Numbered from the stretch's first letter, positions 46,224 to 56,549 are shown. The stretch is 64,000 bases of DNA from Minisyncoccota bacterium (GCA_041665925.1 JBAYHW010000001.1:166685-230684), one strand, 5' to 3'. Program-made: numbers and translations. The notes: generated from the letters alone by a model not told the origin.

Positions 46224-49200
46224 ATGAGCGAAGAAAATACAAATAAATCTGAAGCAGCTTTGCGAGAAGAGCGTATTTTGCAATTTTGGCGCGAGCACAA
46301 AACTTTTGAAAAATCTTTAGCTAAAAAGTCTCCAAAAGGGCACTATGTCTTTTACGATGGGCCACCATTTGCGACAGGGCATATACACTACGGGCACATT
46401 TTAGGCAGTACGGTGAAAGACGTTATCGGCAGATATAAAACTATGCAAGGGTATTATGTGCCGAGAGTCTGGGGCTGGGATTGCCACGGGTTACCTATTG
46501 AGAACATCGTTGAGAAAGAATTAAATATTGCCGGACACAAAGAAATTGAAAAATTAGGTATTGATAAATTTGTGGAGTATGCGCGAAGTAAAGTTCTGCA
46601 ATATGATAAAGATTGGGAAAAGGGGATAGAACGCATCGGGCGCTGGGTAGACTTCCCAGGAGGATATAAGACCATGGACAACACCTTCATTGAGTCCGTA
46701 TGGTGGGCCTTGTCAGAATTTAATAAAAGAAATCTTATTTACGAAGGAGTAAGAGTACTTGCGTATTGTCCGAGATGTGAGACACCGATTGCTAACTCTG
46801 AAATCGCGATGGACAACAGCTATAAAGATATCTCTGATATTTCCGTGTATGTGAAATTTGAGCTTGAGGATGAACCCGGTACGTATCTCTTAGCTTGGAC
46901 GACGACGCCCTGGACGCTCCCTGGGAATACGGCTATCGCTATAAATAAAAACATTGTTTATGTGAAAGTAAAAACCGCCGAGGGAATTTTCATCCTTGCT
47001 AAAGAGACAGTTCCAAACGTTTTAAAAGACAAAGAACACACAGTTTTAGCCGAAGTAAAAAGCGAAGATTTAGTTGGTAAGAAATATAAACCAGTTTTCC
47101 CATATTATCAGAATACTGATGTGGCGAAAAATAAAAATATTTGGCGAGTGTGGCATGCGGACTTCGTAACCATAGAAAAAGGGACAGGAATAGCCCACGA
47201 AGCTCCAGCCTTCGGGGAAGATGATATGAACCTAGCTAAGCAGAATAGTATTCCGTGGATTATCCATGTGGATGAGACTGGAAGATTTAAAACAGAAGTT
47301 ATTGATTTCGCTGGGCAACTTGTAAAACCAAAATCTGCAGAAAAAGATGGGCACCAAAAAGCGGATATTGAAATTATAAAATATTTAGCTAAGGCCAATC
47401 TTCTTTTCGCAAAAGAAAAGATAATTCACTCATACCCTCATTGCATGCGTTGCGAAACGCCGATAATATACTACGCCCTGCCATCTTGGTTTATCAATAT
47501 ACAGAAAGTCAAAGGAAATATTCTTAAACAAGCTAGATACATAAACTGGATTCCTTCACACTTAAAAGAAGGAAGATTTAGAAATATTGCAGAAAATGCA
47601 CCAGACTGGAACATTTCCAGGAATAGGTATTGGGCGAGCCCGTTACCTATTTGGAAATGTGAACAATGTAAAAAACAAACCTTCATCAGTTCCTTAGAAG
47701 ACTTAAAAAACAAAACAAAAAAGTCTGGCAATAAATATTTCGTAATGCGACACGGACAAGCTGAAAACAATGTCACCGATGCGCACAGTAGGGACTTAGA
47801 AATTAATGCCAAATTAACTGAAGTGGGGAGAGGGCAAGTTTTAGATAGTGCTAAAAATATCAAAGATAAAATTGATGTCGTTATCTCTTCTCCATTTAAT
47901 CGGGCAAAAGAGACGATGGAAATAGTGTGTGAGCAAATTGGTTTCCCTGTTGGGAATGTTACATATGATGACAGAATTAGAGAATGGGAAACAAGCACGA
48001 TTTTCGAAGGAAAAGATCGAGCTATTGTGGACAAATATTATGAATTAGACTACTTAGATAATCCGGCAGAGATTCTGGCAGAGGGAGAAAGCTTTGCTCA
48101 AGTGGTAAAACGAGTAGGGCAATTTATCTATGACATAGAGACTAAATATTCAGGCAAAAATATTTTGATTGTTGGGCACGGGGGAGCTACTCAAGCATTG
48201 TGCTTCGTCGTTAAGGGGACGTCTTTTGATTTATTATCCAGCAAAACTAATCCATTTCCGGAATTAAAAAATGCAGAAATAAAAAAACTGGATTTTGTAC
48301 CCCTTCCGCATAATGCTAACTATGAGCTTGATTTACACCGACCGTATATAGATGATGCGGCTCTTGTTTGTGATTGTGGCGCAGACTTAGAACGTATTCC
48401 AGAAGTCTTGGATTGCTGGTTTGAGTCTGGCTCTATGCCATTTGCGCAAGACCACTATCCATTTGAAAATAAAGCTTGGCAGAAAAATAATTTTCCGGCT
48501 GGATTCGTGGCGGAATACATAGGACAGGTTAGAACTTGGTTCTATTACACACACACAGTTTCGACTGTCTTGTTTAACCACACTCCGTTTAAAAATATTG
48601 TCTCTACGGGGACAGTTAGAGCTTCCGACGGTGAGAAAATGTCTAAATCTAAGCACAATTATCCTGACCCGTGGATATTTATAGATAAATACGGGGTGGA
48701 TGCATTGCGTCTCTACTTGATGTCTTCTACATTAATGAAGGGAGAGGATGCCAACTTCTCAGAAAAAACTGTGCAAGAAATTTCGAGTAAAATAGTCGGA
48801 AGACTTTTCAATGTCCTAGCCTTTTATGAGCTCTATCGAGATAAAGAACTAGAAACGGATTATGCCCCAAAATCAAAAAAAATTCTAGATAAATGGATTT
48901 TAGCCAGGTTCTATCAAACACTTAGTGAAATCACTAAAGGCATGGAGAAATACGATATGGCTGAGGCGACGAGGCCCATAGACTTACTAGTGGAAGATAT
49001 TTCTACTTGGTATTTACGACGTTCTCGTGATCGAATTAAAGATGGAGATAGGGAATCGAAGCAAACACTGTATTTCTTATTAAAAAATTTAGCGAGAACG
49101 CTTGCCCCCTTCGCTCCGTTTATGGCTGAAGATATGTGGAGAACATTGAAGAATGATAATGATCCTGAAAGCGTGCATTTAACCAGCTGGCCAAAGAAAA

Positions 49201-49718
49201 GGTTTAGTATTTTTTCTTTTGGTAAACAGAAAATTATGGAAAAAATGGGGACAGTCAGAAGTATCGTGACCTTGGGCTTAGAGGCGAGACAGAAAGCGGG
49301 GATAAAAGTTCGCCAACCATTAAATCACCTAGCTATTGTTGCCGAAGGACTGATGGATGAATACCTTGAAATCATAAAGGATGAGTTAAATATCAAAAAT
49401 ATCTCTTATCTGTTAAAAATAAAATTAGGTATCAGTAAAGTGAACTTGGATACGAATATTACCGAAGAATTAAAACTTGAGGGTGATTATCGTGAGCTGG
49501 TGCGGGCTCTGCAAGACCTAAGAAAGAAAATAGGGCTTACTCCGAGCGACGTCGTAGCACTTATCTTTGAAACAAGCGAAATAGGCAAAAAACTTATTCA
49601 AAAATTCGAAAACGATATGAAGAAAACTGTGCTAGTGTCCAAAATAGAATTTAAAGAAAATGATGGGGAAGAAGTCAAAATAGACGAACTTGATTTCAAA
49701 GTAAAAATAGAAAAATAA
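46224..49718 (+). CDS. ileS: isoleucyl-tRNA synthetase with an inserted histidine-phosphatase (PGAM/SixA-like) domain
   Basis: HYGHIL (HIGH), KMSKS, CP1 editing domain, and the Zn motif WKCEQCKK. About 205 aa (nt ~47700-48330) containing FVMRHGQ, ISSPFNRAKET, and LIVGHGG are inserted between the Zn knuckle and DLHRPYID. Total length 1164 aa. Confidence 0.9.
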   Translation: MSEENTNKSEAALREERILQFWREHKTFEKSLAKKSPKGHYVFYDGPPFATGHIHYGHILGSTVKDVIGRYKTMQGYYVPRVWGWDCHGLPIENIVEKELNIAGHKEIEKLGIDKFVEYARSKVLQYDKDWEKGIERIGRWVDFPGGYKTMDNTFIESVWWALSEFNKRNLIYEGVRVLAYCPRCETPIANSEIAMDNSYKDISDISVYVKFELEDEPGTYLLAWTTTPWTLPGNTAIAINKNIVYVKVKTAEGIFILAKETVPNVLKDKEHTVLAEVKSEDLVGKKYKPVFPYYQNTDVAKNKNIWRVWHADFVTIEKGTGIAHEAPAFGEDDMNLAKQNSIPWIIHVDETGRFKTEVIDFAGQLVKPKSAEKDGHQKADIEIIKYLAKANLLFAKEKIIHSYPHCMRCETPIIYYALPSWFINIQKVKGNILKQARYINWIPSHLKEGRFRNIAENAPDWNISRNRYWASPLPIWKCEQCKKQTFISSLEDLKNKTKKSGNKYFVMRHGQAENNVTDAHSRDLEINAKLTEVGRGQVLDSAKNIKDKIDVVISSPFNRAKETMEIVCEQIGFPVGNVTYDDRIREWETSTIFEGKDRAIVDKYYELDYLDNPAEILAEGESFAQVVKRVGQFIYDIETKYSGKNILIVGHGGATQALCFVVKGTSFDLLSSKTNPFPELKNAEIKKLDFVPLPHNANYELDLHRPYIDDAALVCDCGADLERIPEVLDCWFESGSMPFAQDHYPFENKAWQKNNFPAGFVAEYIGQVRTWFYYTHTVSTVLFNHTPFKNIVSTGTVRASDGEKMSKSKHNYPDPWIFIDKYGVDALRLYLMSSTLMKGEDANFSEKTVQEISSKIVGRLFNVLAFYELYRDKELETDYAPKSKKILDKWILARFYQTLSEITKGMEKYDMAEATRPIDLLVEDISTWYLRRSRDRIKDGDRESKQTLYFLLKNLARTLAPFAPFMAEDMWRTLKNDNDPESVHLTSWPKKRFSIFSFGKQKIMEKMGTVRSIVTLGLEARQKAGIKVRQPLNHLAIVAEGLMDEYLEIIKDELNIKNISYLLKIKLGISKVNLDTNITEELKLEGDYRELVRALQDLRKKIGLTPSDVVALIFETSEIGKKLIQKFENDMKKTVLVSKIEFKENDGEEVKIDELDFKVKIEK

Positions 49719-50360
49719 ATGCGTACTATCCTAGACATTTATAAAGAATATAAAATTATGCCGAATTTGCAGATGCACATGCTCCGGGTGGCAGCTGTGG
49801 CGTCAATTATTTGTGATAATTTTGATGAGCCGCTACCGAAGGAAGATATCATTACGGCGTGTTTGTTGCATGATACCGGAAATATTCTTAAATTTAAATT
49901 AGGTTATTTCCCAGAATTTTTAGAGCCAGAAGGATTAGAATACTGGCAAAAGGTTAAAGATAAATATAAACAAAAATACGGGGAAGACGAGCACGTGGCG
50001 ACATTAAAAATTGCAAAAGAGCTTCAGGCGTCTGATCAAATACTGGAATTAATTTATGCTATTAGTTTCGTACGCGCACCAATAACTGCATCTGAGCAAA
50101 AGTTCGGGGATAAAATAGTTGAATATGCGGATAGTCGAGTAACTCCATTTGGAGTAGTTGGACTCGAAGATAGGTTGATGGATTTGAGAAAACGCTATGA
50201 TCACAAGGGAGGAGATACCCCTGAGCGTCGGGCATACGAACAAGCTGTCAGAGACATTGAACAACAAATTTTTGTAAAATGTTCAATAAAACCTGAAGAT
50301 ATTACGGATAAATCTGTTGCCCCAGTCGTTACTCTCTTGAAAAATTTTGTGATAAAATAA
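49719..50360 (+). CDS. HD-domain phosphohydrolase (YfbR-like 5'-nucleotidase family)
   Basis: HMLRVAAVA...LLHDTG H/HD motif. The ATG immediately follows the ileS stop. Confidence 0.7.
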   Translation: MRTILDIYKEYKIMPNLQMHMLRVAAVASIICDNFDEPLPKEDIITACLLHDTGNILKFKLGYFPEFLEPEGLEYWQKVKDKYKQKYGEDEHVATLKIAKELQASDQILELIYAISFVRAPITASEQKFGDKIVEYADSRVTPFGVVGLEDRLMDLRKRYDHKGGDTPERRAYEQAVRDIEQQIFVKCSIKPEDITDKSVAPVVTLLKNFVIK

Positions 50361-50364
50361 AGGT

Positions 50365-50802
50365 GTGCAGAAAGAAATTATAGATTTTGTTCACAGCCAG
50401 TTTTTGTCTGTTTTGGCTGTGGAGATGATGGACGGCTCACCACATGTCGCCACGATGCACTATGCGTTCTCGGATGAGCCACAAATGTTTCTTTTTGAGA
50501 CATATCGTCCACATCGAAAGAGCGAGGCTCTTTTCGGGAGGGATGTGAGTCGAGCTTCTATGGTTATAGGTTTTGATGAGAATAACAGGAAGACACTACA
50601 GATTGACGGAGAAGTGAAGCTCCTTACTTCGGACACAGAAAGACTTATTTTTAATAAAATATATTTTAAAAAATTTCCAAACAAAAAAGAAAAGTCCAAA
50701 GATCCGAAATTTGTTTTCTTTTCTTTTATTCCGAAATGGTGGCGTTTTACGGATTGGGATGCTCCAGGGGGGAAGAAGATAGTAAGCTCTGAAGAAAAAT
50801 AA
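50365..50802 (+). CDS. pyridoxamine 5'-phosphate oxidase-like FMN-binding split-barrel protein
   Basis: 145 aa with a general-stress-protein-26-like pattern; GTG start. Confidence 0.45.
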   Translation: MQKEIIDFVHSQFLSVLAVEMMDGSPHVATMHYAFSDEPQMFLFETYRPHRKSEALFGRDVSRASMVIGFDENNRKTLQIDGEVKLLTSDTERLIFNKIYFKKFPNKKEKSKDPKFVFFSFIPKWWRFTDWDAPGGKKIVSSEEK

Positions 50803-50803
50803 A

Positions 50804-51385
50804 ATGCACCATATTTATCACACCGAAGGCATAATATTAGGAAGCCGTAATTACGGCGAAGCTGGGAAATACTATTCTCTTTTTACTCGCGACCTCGGGA
50901 TGATTTATGCTTTGGCACAAGGAGTACGCAAAATGTCTTCAAAGTTACGTTTTATTTTACAAGACTTTTCTTACATTAAGGTTGACCTAGTGCAAGGGAA
51001 AGATTTCTGGCGGGTGACCAGTGCTTCAAAGACCAGCAAACTTGATAAGCTCACAAAAAATAAAAGTACTTTTGAAGTTGTGTCCAACATCGCTAATTTA
51101 TTAAAAAGGTTACTTGCCGGGGTAGAGCAGAATGAAATACTCTTTACAGATCTAGTGAATGGTTTAGCTATTTTAGAAAATACAGAAAAGGCAGACGATT
51201 TACGAAATATTGAGGCTATTATTGTATTACGTATTCTCAACAACCTAGGCTACATCGGAGGGAATGAAGTTTTGCAGAACCTAATCAAGTCTCCATTCGA
51301 AGAGAATTTGATATTTGAAGTCTCTAAATCCAGAACACAAATATTGCATCAAATCAACAAAGCTCTAAAGGAAACCCACTTGTAA
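50804..51385 (+). CDS. recO: DNA repair protein RecO (short form)
   Basis: N-terminal OB-fold pattern TEGIILGSRNYGEAGKYYSLFTRDLGMIYALAQGVRK. Confidence 0.65.
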   Translation: MHHIYHTEGIILGSRNYGEAGKYYSLFTRDLGMIYALAQGVRKMSSKLRFILQDFSYIKVDLVQGKDFWRVTSASKTSKLDKLTKNKSTFEVVSNIANLLKRLLAGVEQNEILFTDLVNGLAILENTEKADDLRNIEAIIVLRILNNLGYIGGNEVLQNLIKSPFEENLIFEVSKSRTQILHQINKALKETHL

Positions 51386-51404
51386 ATATGGTATAATTGT
51401 CTCT

Positions 51405-53336
51405 ATGCCTATAGATGATAGAAATAAACTAAACAGACTTGAAGAGTTGAAAGATAAGCTTTTCAATAAGAGTTACCAAACAAAAATTGAACATCGCGAC
51501 AGTTATTCAAGGCCGCAAACCGTCGAAGTGAAGGATTCTTGGGGCACAAAAGAGAGCCCAGAAAGTAAAAACGCAGAAAAGTTTTTTATGCAAACTTCCA
51601 AATTTAAAAAATTCTTTATTTTCTCGGTAATATTTTTCCTTTTTACTTTAGCTTATGGTGCTTACGTATTTTATGGTGGGGGGAATACTGTTTCTAATAA
51701 CAACATTGATATTTCTGTTTTGGGTAACAACTTCACCGCTGGGGGCGAAGAGCTTTCACTGATTATCGGTATTACAAATAAAAACAGTGCTTCGCTCGAC
51801 CTAGTAGATCTCGTCGTAGAATATCCGAAAGGATCCACCAATGATTCTTCTGCAGATATGGAACGTTTTCGTGTATCACTAGGGACCATTCCTGCTGGGA
51901 CTGTCCGTAATGAAAATTTTAAAGTCACGCTCTTCGGGCAAGAGGGTAGCACTCGGACGATAAAGATTTCTCTAGAATATAGAGTACAGGGCTCTAGTGC
52001 GATTTTCGTCAAAGAAAAAACTTATGATGTTAATGTCAGCTCTACACCGATAAGCCTTTCAGTAGATGCTCCTTTTACCATAAGTTCAAATCAAAACATT
52101 ACATTAAATATTAAAGAAACACTTAATGCTACAAAACCAGCACCTAAGACACTTCTCAAGCTTACTTACCCCGTCGGGTTTGTGTTTACGAGTTCGGTGC
52201 CGGCACCATCTTTTGGTAATAATGTTTGGAATTTAGGAGACCTAGCCCCAGGAGCCGAACACAAGATTTCTATAACTGGAAAAATGATTGATGTCTTTGA
52301 TGGAGAGGAAAAAACTTTCAACATTTCAAGTGGCTCACAATCTACTACGGATAAGGCGAACATCGGTGTCGTCTTTAATTCAATAATGCATACCGTGACT
52401 GTTAGCAAAGCTTTCGTGGAAGCAAACTTCTTCATTAATGGTGTGCCACAGACAGAATATGCTATAGATGCGAAGACACCAATCAATGCAGAGATTCGTT
52501 ATACCAATAATTTAGATACCAAGGTTAATGATTTACAAATACAAGCAAAAATTTCTGGGAATGCTTTCAATCGCAAGACGGTCAGTGTGCAACAAGGATT
52601 TTATGATTCATCTAGAGATATAATAACTTGGGACAAAGGCTCTTCTAGTCAGATGGCGGAAGTAAACCCTGGGGACTCAGGGTCTGTAGTTTTTTATCTT
52701 TCTCCGCTTTCGTTGTTTTCAGCTGAAGGTGGAATATTGGTAAATCCTTCCATCAACATAGAGGTGAGCGTGGCGGGCAAGCAAGCGGTGCAGGGCTCAT
52801 TAGTGAACGAGCTAAACAATTCTACTTCAGCAACTATACGCATTATTTCTGATGTTGGATTTGTAAACAAAGCTCTCTATTATAGTGGGCCTTTCACGAA
52901 TACTGGCCCCATACCTCCGAAAGCCGAACAGAAAACAACCTTTACCATAGTCTGGACTCTTTCTAGTACCGCAAATAGTATTTCTAATACTCAAGTAAAG
53001 TCTACGTTGCCACCCTGGATGAGCTTTGTCGGGAGTATTTCTCCTGCCGGCGAAGATTTGATCTACAATTCCTCAACTAGACAAATAATCTGGAATGCCG
53101 ACAGAATTCCAAAAGGAGCTGGGGTCTCAGGGGCACCGAAGACTGTCTCTTTTCAAGTTTCGCTAAGCCCTTCACTTTCACAGGTGGGGACAATGCCAAC
53201 TTTGATAAATGATGCAGTTTTGACGGGGCATGACGATTTTGCTAATGTAGAAGTTAGAATCAACAAAGCAAGTCTTGATACAAAACTTGAAAATGATCCG
53301 ACGTTTCCGGTCTCAGGAGGCATAGTAGTTCAATAA
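51405..53336 (+). CDS. membrane-anchored protein with a large extracytoplasmic beta-rich repeat region
   Basis: A 60-aa cytoplasmic N-terminus, a single TM helix (FFIFSVIFFLFTLAYGAYVFY), then repeated Ig-like segments. Confidence 0.5.
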   Translation: MPIDDRNKLNRLEELKDKLFNKSYQTKIEHRDSYSRPQTVEVKDSWGTKESPESKNAEKFFMQTSKFKKFFIFSVIFFLFTLAYGAYVFYGGGNTVSNNNIDISVLGNNFTAGGEELSLIIGITNKNSASLDLVDLVVEYPKGSTNDSSADMERFRVSLGTIPAGTVRNENFKVTLFGQEGSTRTIKISLEYRVQGSSAIFVKEKTYDVNVSSTPISLSVDAPFTISSNQNITLNIKETLNATKPAPKTLLKLTYPVGFVFTSSVPAPSFGNNVWNLGDLAPGAEHKISITGKMIDVFDGEEKTFNISSGSQSTTDKANIGVVFNSIMHTVTVSKAFVEANFFINGVPQTEYAIDAKTPINAEIRYTNNLDTKVNDLQIQAKISGNAFNRKTVSVQQGFYDSSRDIITWDKGSSSQMAEVNPGDSGSVVFYLSPLSLFSAEGGILVNPSINIEVSVAGKQAVQGSLVNELNNSTSATIRIISDVGFVNKALYYSGPFTNTGPIPPKAEQKTTFTIVWTLSSTANSISNTQVKSTLPPWMSFVGSISPAGEDLIYNSSTRQIIWNADRIPKGAGVSGAPKTVSFQVSLSPSLSQVGTMPTLINDAVLTGHDDFANVEVRINKASLDTKLENDPTFPVSGGIVVQ

Positions 53337-53340
53337 ATAT

Positions 53341-54567
53341 ATGAGTGAAAAAGATAAAAAAGAAAATCAAGATGATTTGATGGAAAAAATAGTTTCATTG
53401 TGTAAAAGACGTGGATTTATTTTTCAAGGTTCCGAAATATATGGTGGACTTGCGGGGACGTACGACTTCGGACATTTCGGAGTGGCGCTTAAAAATAATA
53501 TTAAGCAAAACTGGTGGAAGAAATTTGTAGACAATAGGCGCGACATGTATGGAGTAGATGCAGCGATACTTATGAATGGTAAGGTCTGGGAGGCGACTGG
53601 GCATGTGGCGAATTTTGCCGACCCGCTTGATGGTAAGCAATTTAATACAATGTTAAAGACTCAGGTCGGTGCCGGGGAAGAAGCCGCGACGTCCTACCTC
53701 AGACCCGAAACTGCGCAAGGAATGTTTGTAAATTTTAAAAATACAGTGGATGCTTTTCACCCGAAGCTACCATTCGGTATGGCGCAGATAGGTAAGGCTT
53801 TCAGAAACGAAATTGCCCCGAGAGATTTTATTTTTCGACAGCGCGAATTTGAACAAATGGAAATAGAATATTTCATCCGTCCTACTGATTGGGAAAAATA
53901 TTTTGAATATTGGAAGGGCGAGATGCTGGACTGGATGGAAGAGCTCGGGCTTGATATGGCACTTGTCCATGAGCTTGAAGTGCCCAAGGAAGACAGGGCG
54001 CACTATTCCAGTCGCACGATTGATTTCGAGTTTGATTTTCCTTTTGGCAAGAAAGAGCTTTTCGGGTTAGCATACCGCACAGATTTCGATTTAAATACCC
54101 ATAAACTTGAATATATTGATGAAGAGGAGGGGGGTAAAATGGTTCCACACGTGATAGAGCCATCCATGGGGGTAGATAGGGCAGTACTTGCTCTCTTAGT
54201 ATCAGTTTATCAAGAAGAAGAGAAAGATGGCGAAGTCAGATCATATTTAAAATTTAAACCATCTATTGCTCCAGTGATTTGCGCCGTATCGCCTTTGCTT
54301 AAAAATAAACCTGAACTCGTAGAATATGCAAACACTAAAGTATTTGCACCCCTAAAAGAAGAATTTGGAAGAGTAGCTTGGGACGACAATGGGAACATAG
54401 GGAAGAGGTATAGAAGGCAAGATGAGATAGGGACGCCGTTCTGTATTGTGGTGGATTTCGATACACTTACAGATGACTCAGTGACAGTTCGCGACCGAGA
54501 TACGGGAGAACAAGAAAGAGTAAAAGTGGCAGAACTGAAAGATTACATCAAAGAAAAAACTAGTTAA
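53341..54567 (+). CDS. glyQS: glycyl-tRNA synthetase, alpha2 (archaeal/eukaryotic-like) type
   Basis: FIFQGSEIYGGLAGTYDFGHFGVALKNNIKQNWWKKF; class II motifs. Confidence 0.88.
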   Translation: MSEKDKKENQDDLMEKIVSLCKRRGFIFQGSEIYGGLAGTYDFGHFGVALKNNIKQNWWKKFVDNRRDMYGVDAAILMNGKVWEATGHVANFADPLDGKQFNTMLKTQVGAGEEAATSYLRPETAQGMFVNFKNTVDAFHPKLPFGMAQIGKAFRNEIAPRDFIFRQREFEQMEIEYFIRPTDWEKYFEYWKGEMLDWMEELGLDMALVHELEVPKEDRAHYSSRTIDFEFDFPFGKKELFGLAYRTDFDLNTHKLEYIDEEEGGKMVPHVIEPSMGVDRAVLALLVSVYQEEEKDGEVRSYLKFKPSIAPVICAVSPLLKNKPELVEYANTKVFAPLKEEFGRVAWDDNGNIGKRYRRQDEIGTPFCIVVDFDTLTDDSVTVRDRDTGEQERVKVAELKDYIKEKTS

Positions 54568-54576
54568 ATAAAATTA

Positions 54577-55845
54577 ATGCAATTTTCTAAAAAAGTTTTA
54601 AAGAATGGCTTGCGGGTAGTTACGATACCCATGAAAGACAACCCGACGGCTACGGTTTTAGTATTAGTGGAAGCTGGATCTAAATATGAGGATAAAGAAG
54701 TGAATGGAATTTCACACTTTTTAGAGCATATGTGCTTTAAGGGGACGGTCAAGAGGCCTAAAGCTATAGATATTTCAAAGGAGCTAGATGCGCTCGGGAG
54801 CCAATACAACGCTTTTACAGCCCAAGAATACACTGGCTACTATGCGAAGTCAGATGCAAAAAACTTTAAAAAGATTTTTGAAATTATCTCGGATATTTAT
54901 TTAAATTCAACTTTTCCAGAAGCAGAAATGGAGAAAGAAAAGGGCGTCATAATAGAAGAGATAAATATGTATGAAGATATGCCAAATAGGCATGTGCAGG
55001 ACTTAATGATGAAATTGCTTTATGGAGACCAGCCAGCGGGGTGGAATGTAGCCGGGGAAAAGGAAAATATTTTAAAAATGAAACGTGACGATTTCATAGA
55101 TTATAAAAAGATGCATTATCTGCCGGAGGCGACCCTTATTGTCGTCGCTGGAGCCATCAAAGAGAAAGAGGTTGCCAAAGAGGTTGATAGAATTTTCGGA
55201 AATGTTTCAAGGGGTAAAAAAGTAGGTAAAATAAAAGTAAAAGAAAGGCAAACTAAACCGCAAGTTTTAGTAAAATTTAAAGAAACAGATCAAACCCATT
55301 TCGTTTTAGGAGCAAGGAGCTACGATTTATTTAGTAAAAAAAGTGCCGTGCTTTCAGTGCTCGGTGGGGTTCTCGGGGGAGGTATGAGCTCAAGACTCTT
55401 CCAAAAACTTCGTGAAGAAATGGGGGTAGGATATTATGTGCGTGCTTACAATGATGCATACACTGACCATGGGTTTTTCCAAATCTCGGCTGGGGTGGAC
55501 AATAAAAGAATAGACGAAGTTCTCTCGGCAGTACTTCACGAATGTAAAAAGTTAAAAAATGAAAAAGTAGAGAAAGAAGAATTAAATAAAGTAAAAGAGA
55601 GCTTGATAGGGAATATGAAACTATCCCTAGAGTCCAGCGATGACATTGCGAATTTCTATGGAGGACAGGAATTACTAAAAAAAGAATTAAAAAATGCTGA
55701 AGATAAAGCACGAGAAATCCGGAAAGTGACCGCGAGCCAAATACAAAATTTAGCAAAAGAAATTTTCAAAAATAATGGACTAAACCTGGCTCTGATAGGT
55801 CCTTTCAAAGAAAAAACAAAATTCCAAAAAACCCTTAAATTTTAA
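54577..55845 (+). CDS. M16-family zinc peptidase (insulinase-like)
   Basis: Inverted zincin motif HFLEHMCFKGT. Confidence 0.85.
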   Translation: MQFSKKVLKNGLRVVTIPMKDNPTATVLVLVEAGSKYEDKEVNGISHFLEHMCFKGTVKRPKAIDISKELDALGSQYNAFTAQEYTGYYAKSDAKNFKKIFEIISDIYLNSTFPEAEMEKEKGVIIEEINMYEDMPNRHVQDLMMKLLYGDQPAGWNVAGEKENILKMKRDDFIDYKKMHYLPEATLIVVAGAIKEKEVAKEVDRIFGNVSRGKKVGKIKVKERQTKPQVLVKFKETDQTHFVLGARSYDLFSKKSAVLSVLGGVLGGGMSSRLFQKLREEMGVGYYVRAYNDAYTDHGFFQISAGVDNKRIDEVLSAVLHECKKLKNEKVEKEELNKVKESLIGNMKLSLESSDDIANFYGGQELLKKELKNAEDKAREIRKVTASQIQNLAKEIFKNNGLNLALIGPFKEKTKFQKTLKF

Positions 55846-55939
55846 GTATATTTTGGAGATGTTTACAGGAAAGGGATAAAGGTATATTATAAAAATACAA
55901 ACTTGTCGAAATTATTATTAATAAAATTATAAAAATATA

Positions 55940-56461
55940 ATGCCAGAATTTAATATGGATTCAAAAAGCACAGAACAAATGAAGGGCAATGAAGGTTTTG
56001 TAGGACTTACGCATGATGTTGAGGGGTTGTTAGTTAATGGAGAAAAGGTAAAGGCACTGAACCCTGACATTATTAATGGTTGGGTAGAAAATGAACATTT
56101 AAGTTTAGCAGATCTAGAGACAAGAATTAAGGAAAAACAAGACAATGGAGAAATTCCTCGAGGATATAGACTACCAAAGGCTTCAGAAATTGTTGATATA
56201 AAACAAAACGACAAACAGAAAAAATTTGGGAAAATTACAGACACCGCTGGTGTTTCAGAAGGCGAATTCAATTTTTTAACAGATGAAGGTAATGGTAAAG
56301 GATTTGAGCGCTCTTCGCAGTGGAGAAAAGTAGACGGGGCTTCTTTTGATGAACAGAATGAAGATGCTAGCTCAACAACGAAAGAAAAATTGCACCTACA
56401 AAAGTCAGATGTTATTTTCTTGGTTAAAGATGGGAACGCCGGCACAAGTTCCAATAACTAA
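55940..56461 (+). CDS. hypothetical protein
   Basis: 173-aa ORF followed by a strong terminator. Confidence 0.45.
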   Translation: MPEFNMDSKSTEQMKGNEGFVGLTHDVEGLLVNGEKVKALNPDIINGWVENEHLSLADLETRIKEKQDNGEIPRGYRLPKASEIVDIKQNDKQKKFGKITDTAGVSEGEFNFLTDEGNGKGFERSSQWRKVDGASFDEQNEDASSTTKEKLHLQKSDVIFLVKDGNAGTSSNN

Positions 56462-56482
56462 TTTCCTTACTTAATGCTAGAA

Positions 56483-56516
56483 AGCCCCGCCACTTGTAAG
56501 TGGCGGGGCTTTGCTT
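56483..56516 (+). terminator. intrinsic terminator hairpin AGCCCCGCCACT/TGTA/AGTGGCGGGGCT, paralogous to the one at 13226-13257
   Basis: Same 12-bp stem and loop as the 13226 hairpin except for one compensatory A-T to G-C base-pair change. Confidence 0.75.
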
Positions 56517-56549
56517 TTAGCCCCCGCTTTTTCGTGCTATGATATTTCT

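Noticed and set aside
47700-48330. Intein inside ileS
   Set aside because: There are no Cys/Ser N-junction or His-Asn C-junction residues and no endonuclease motifs. The insert carries the RHG / SSP..R..ET / GHGG motifs of histidine phosphatases instead.
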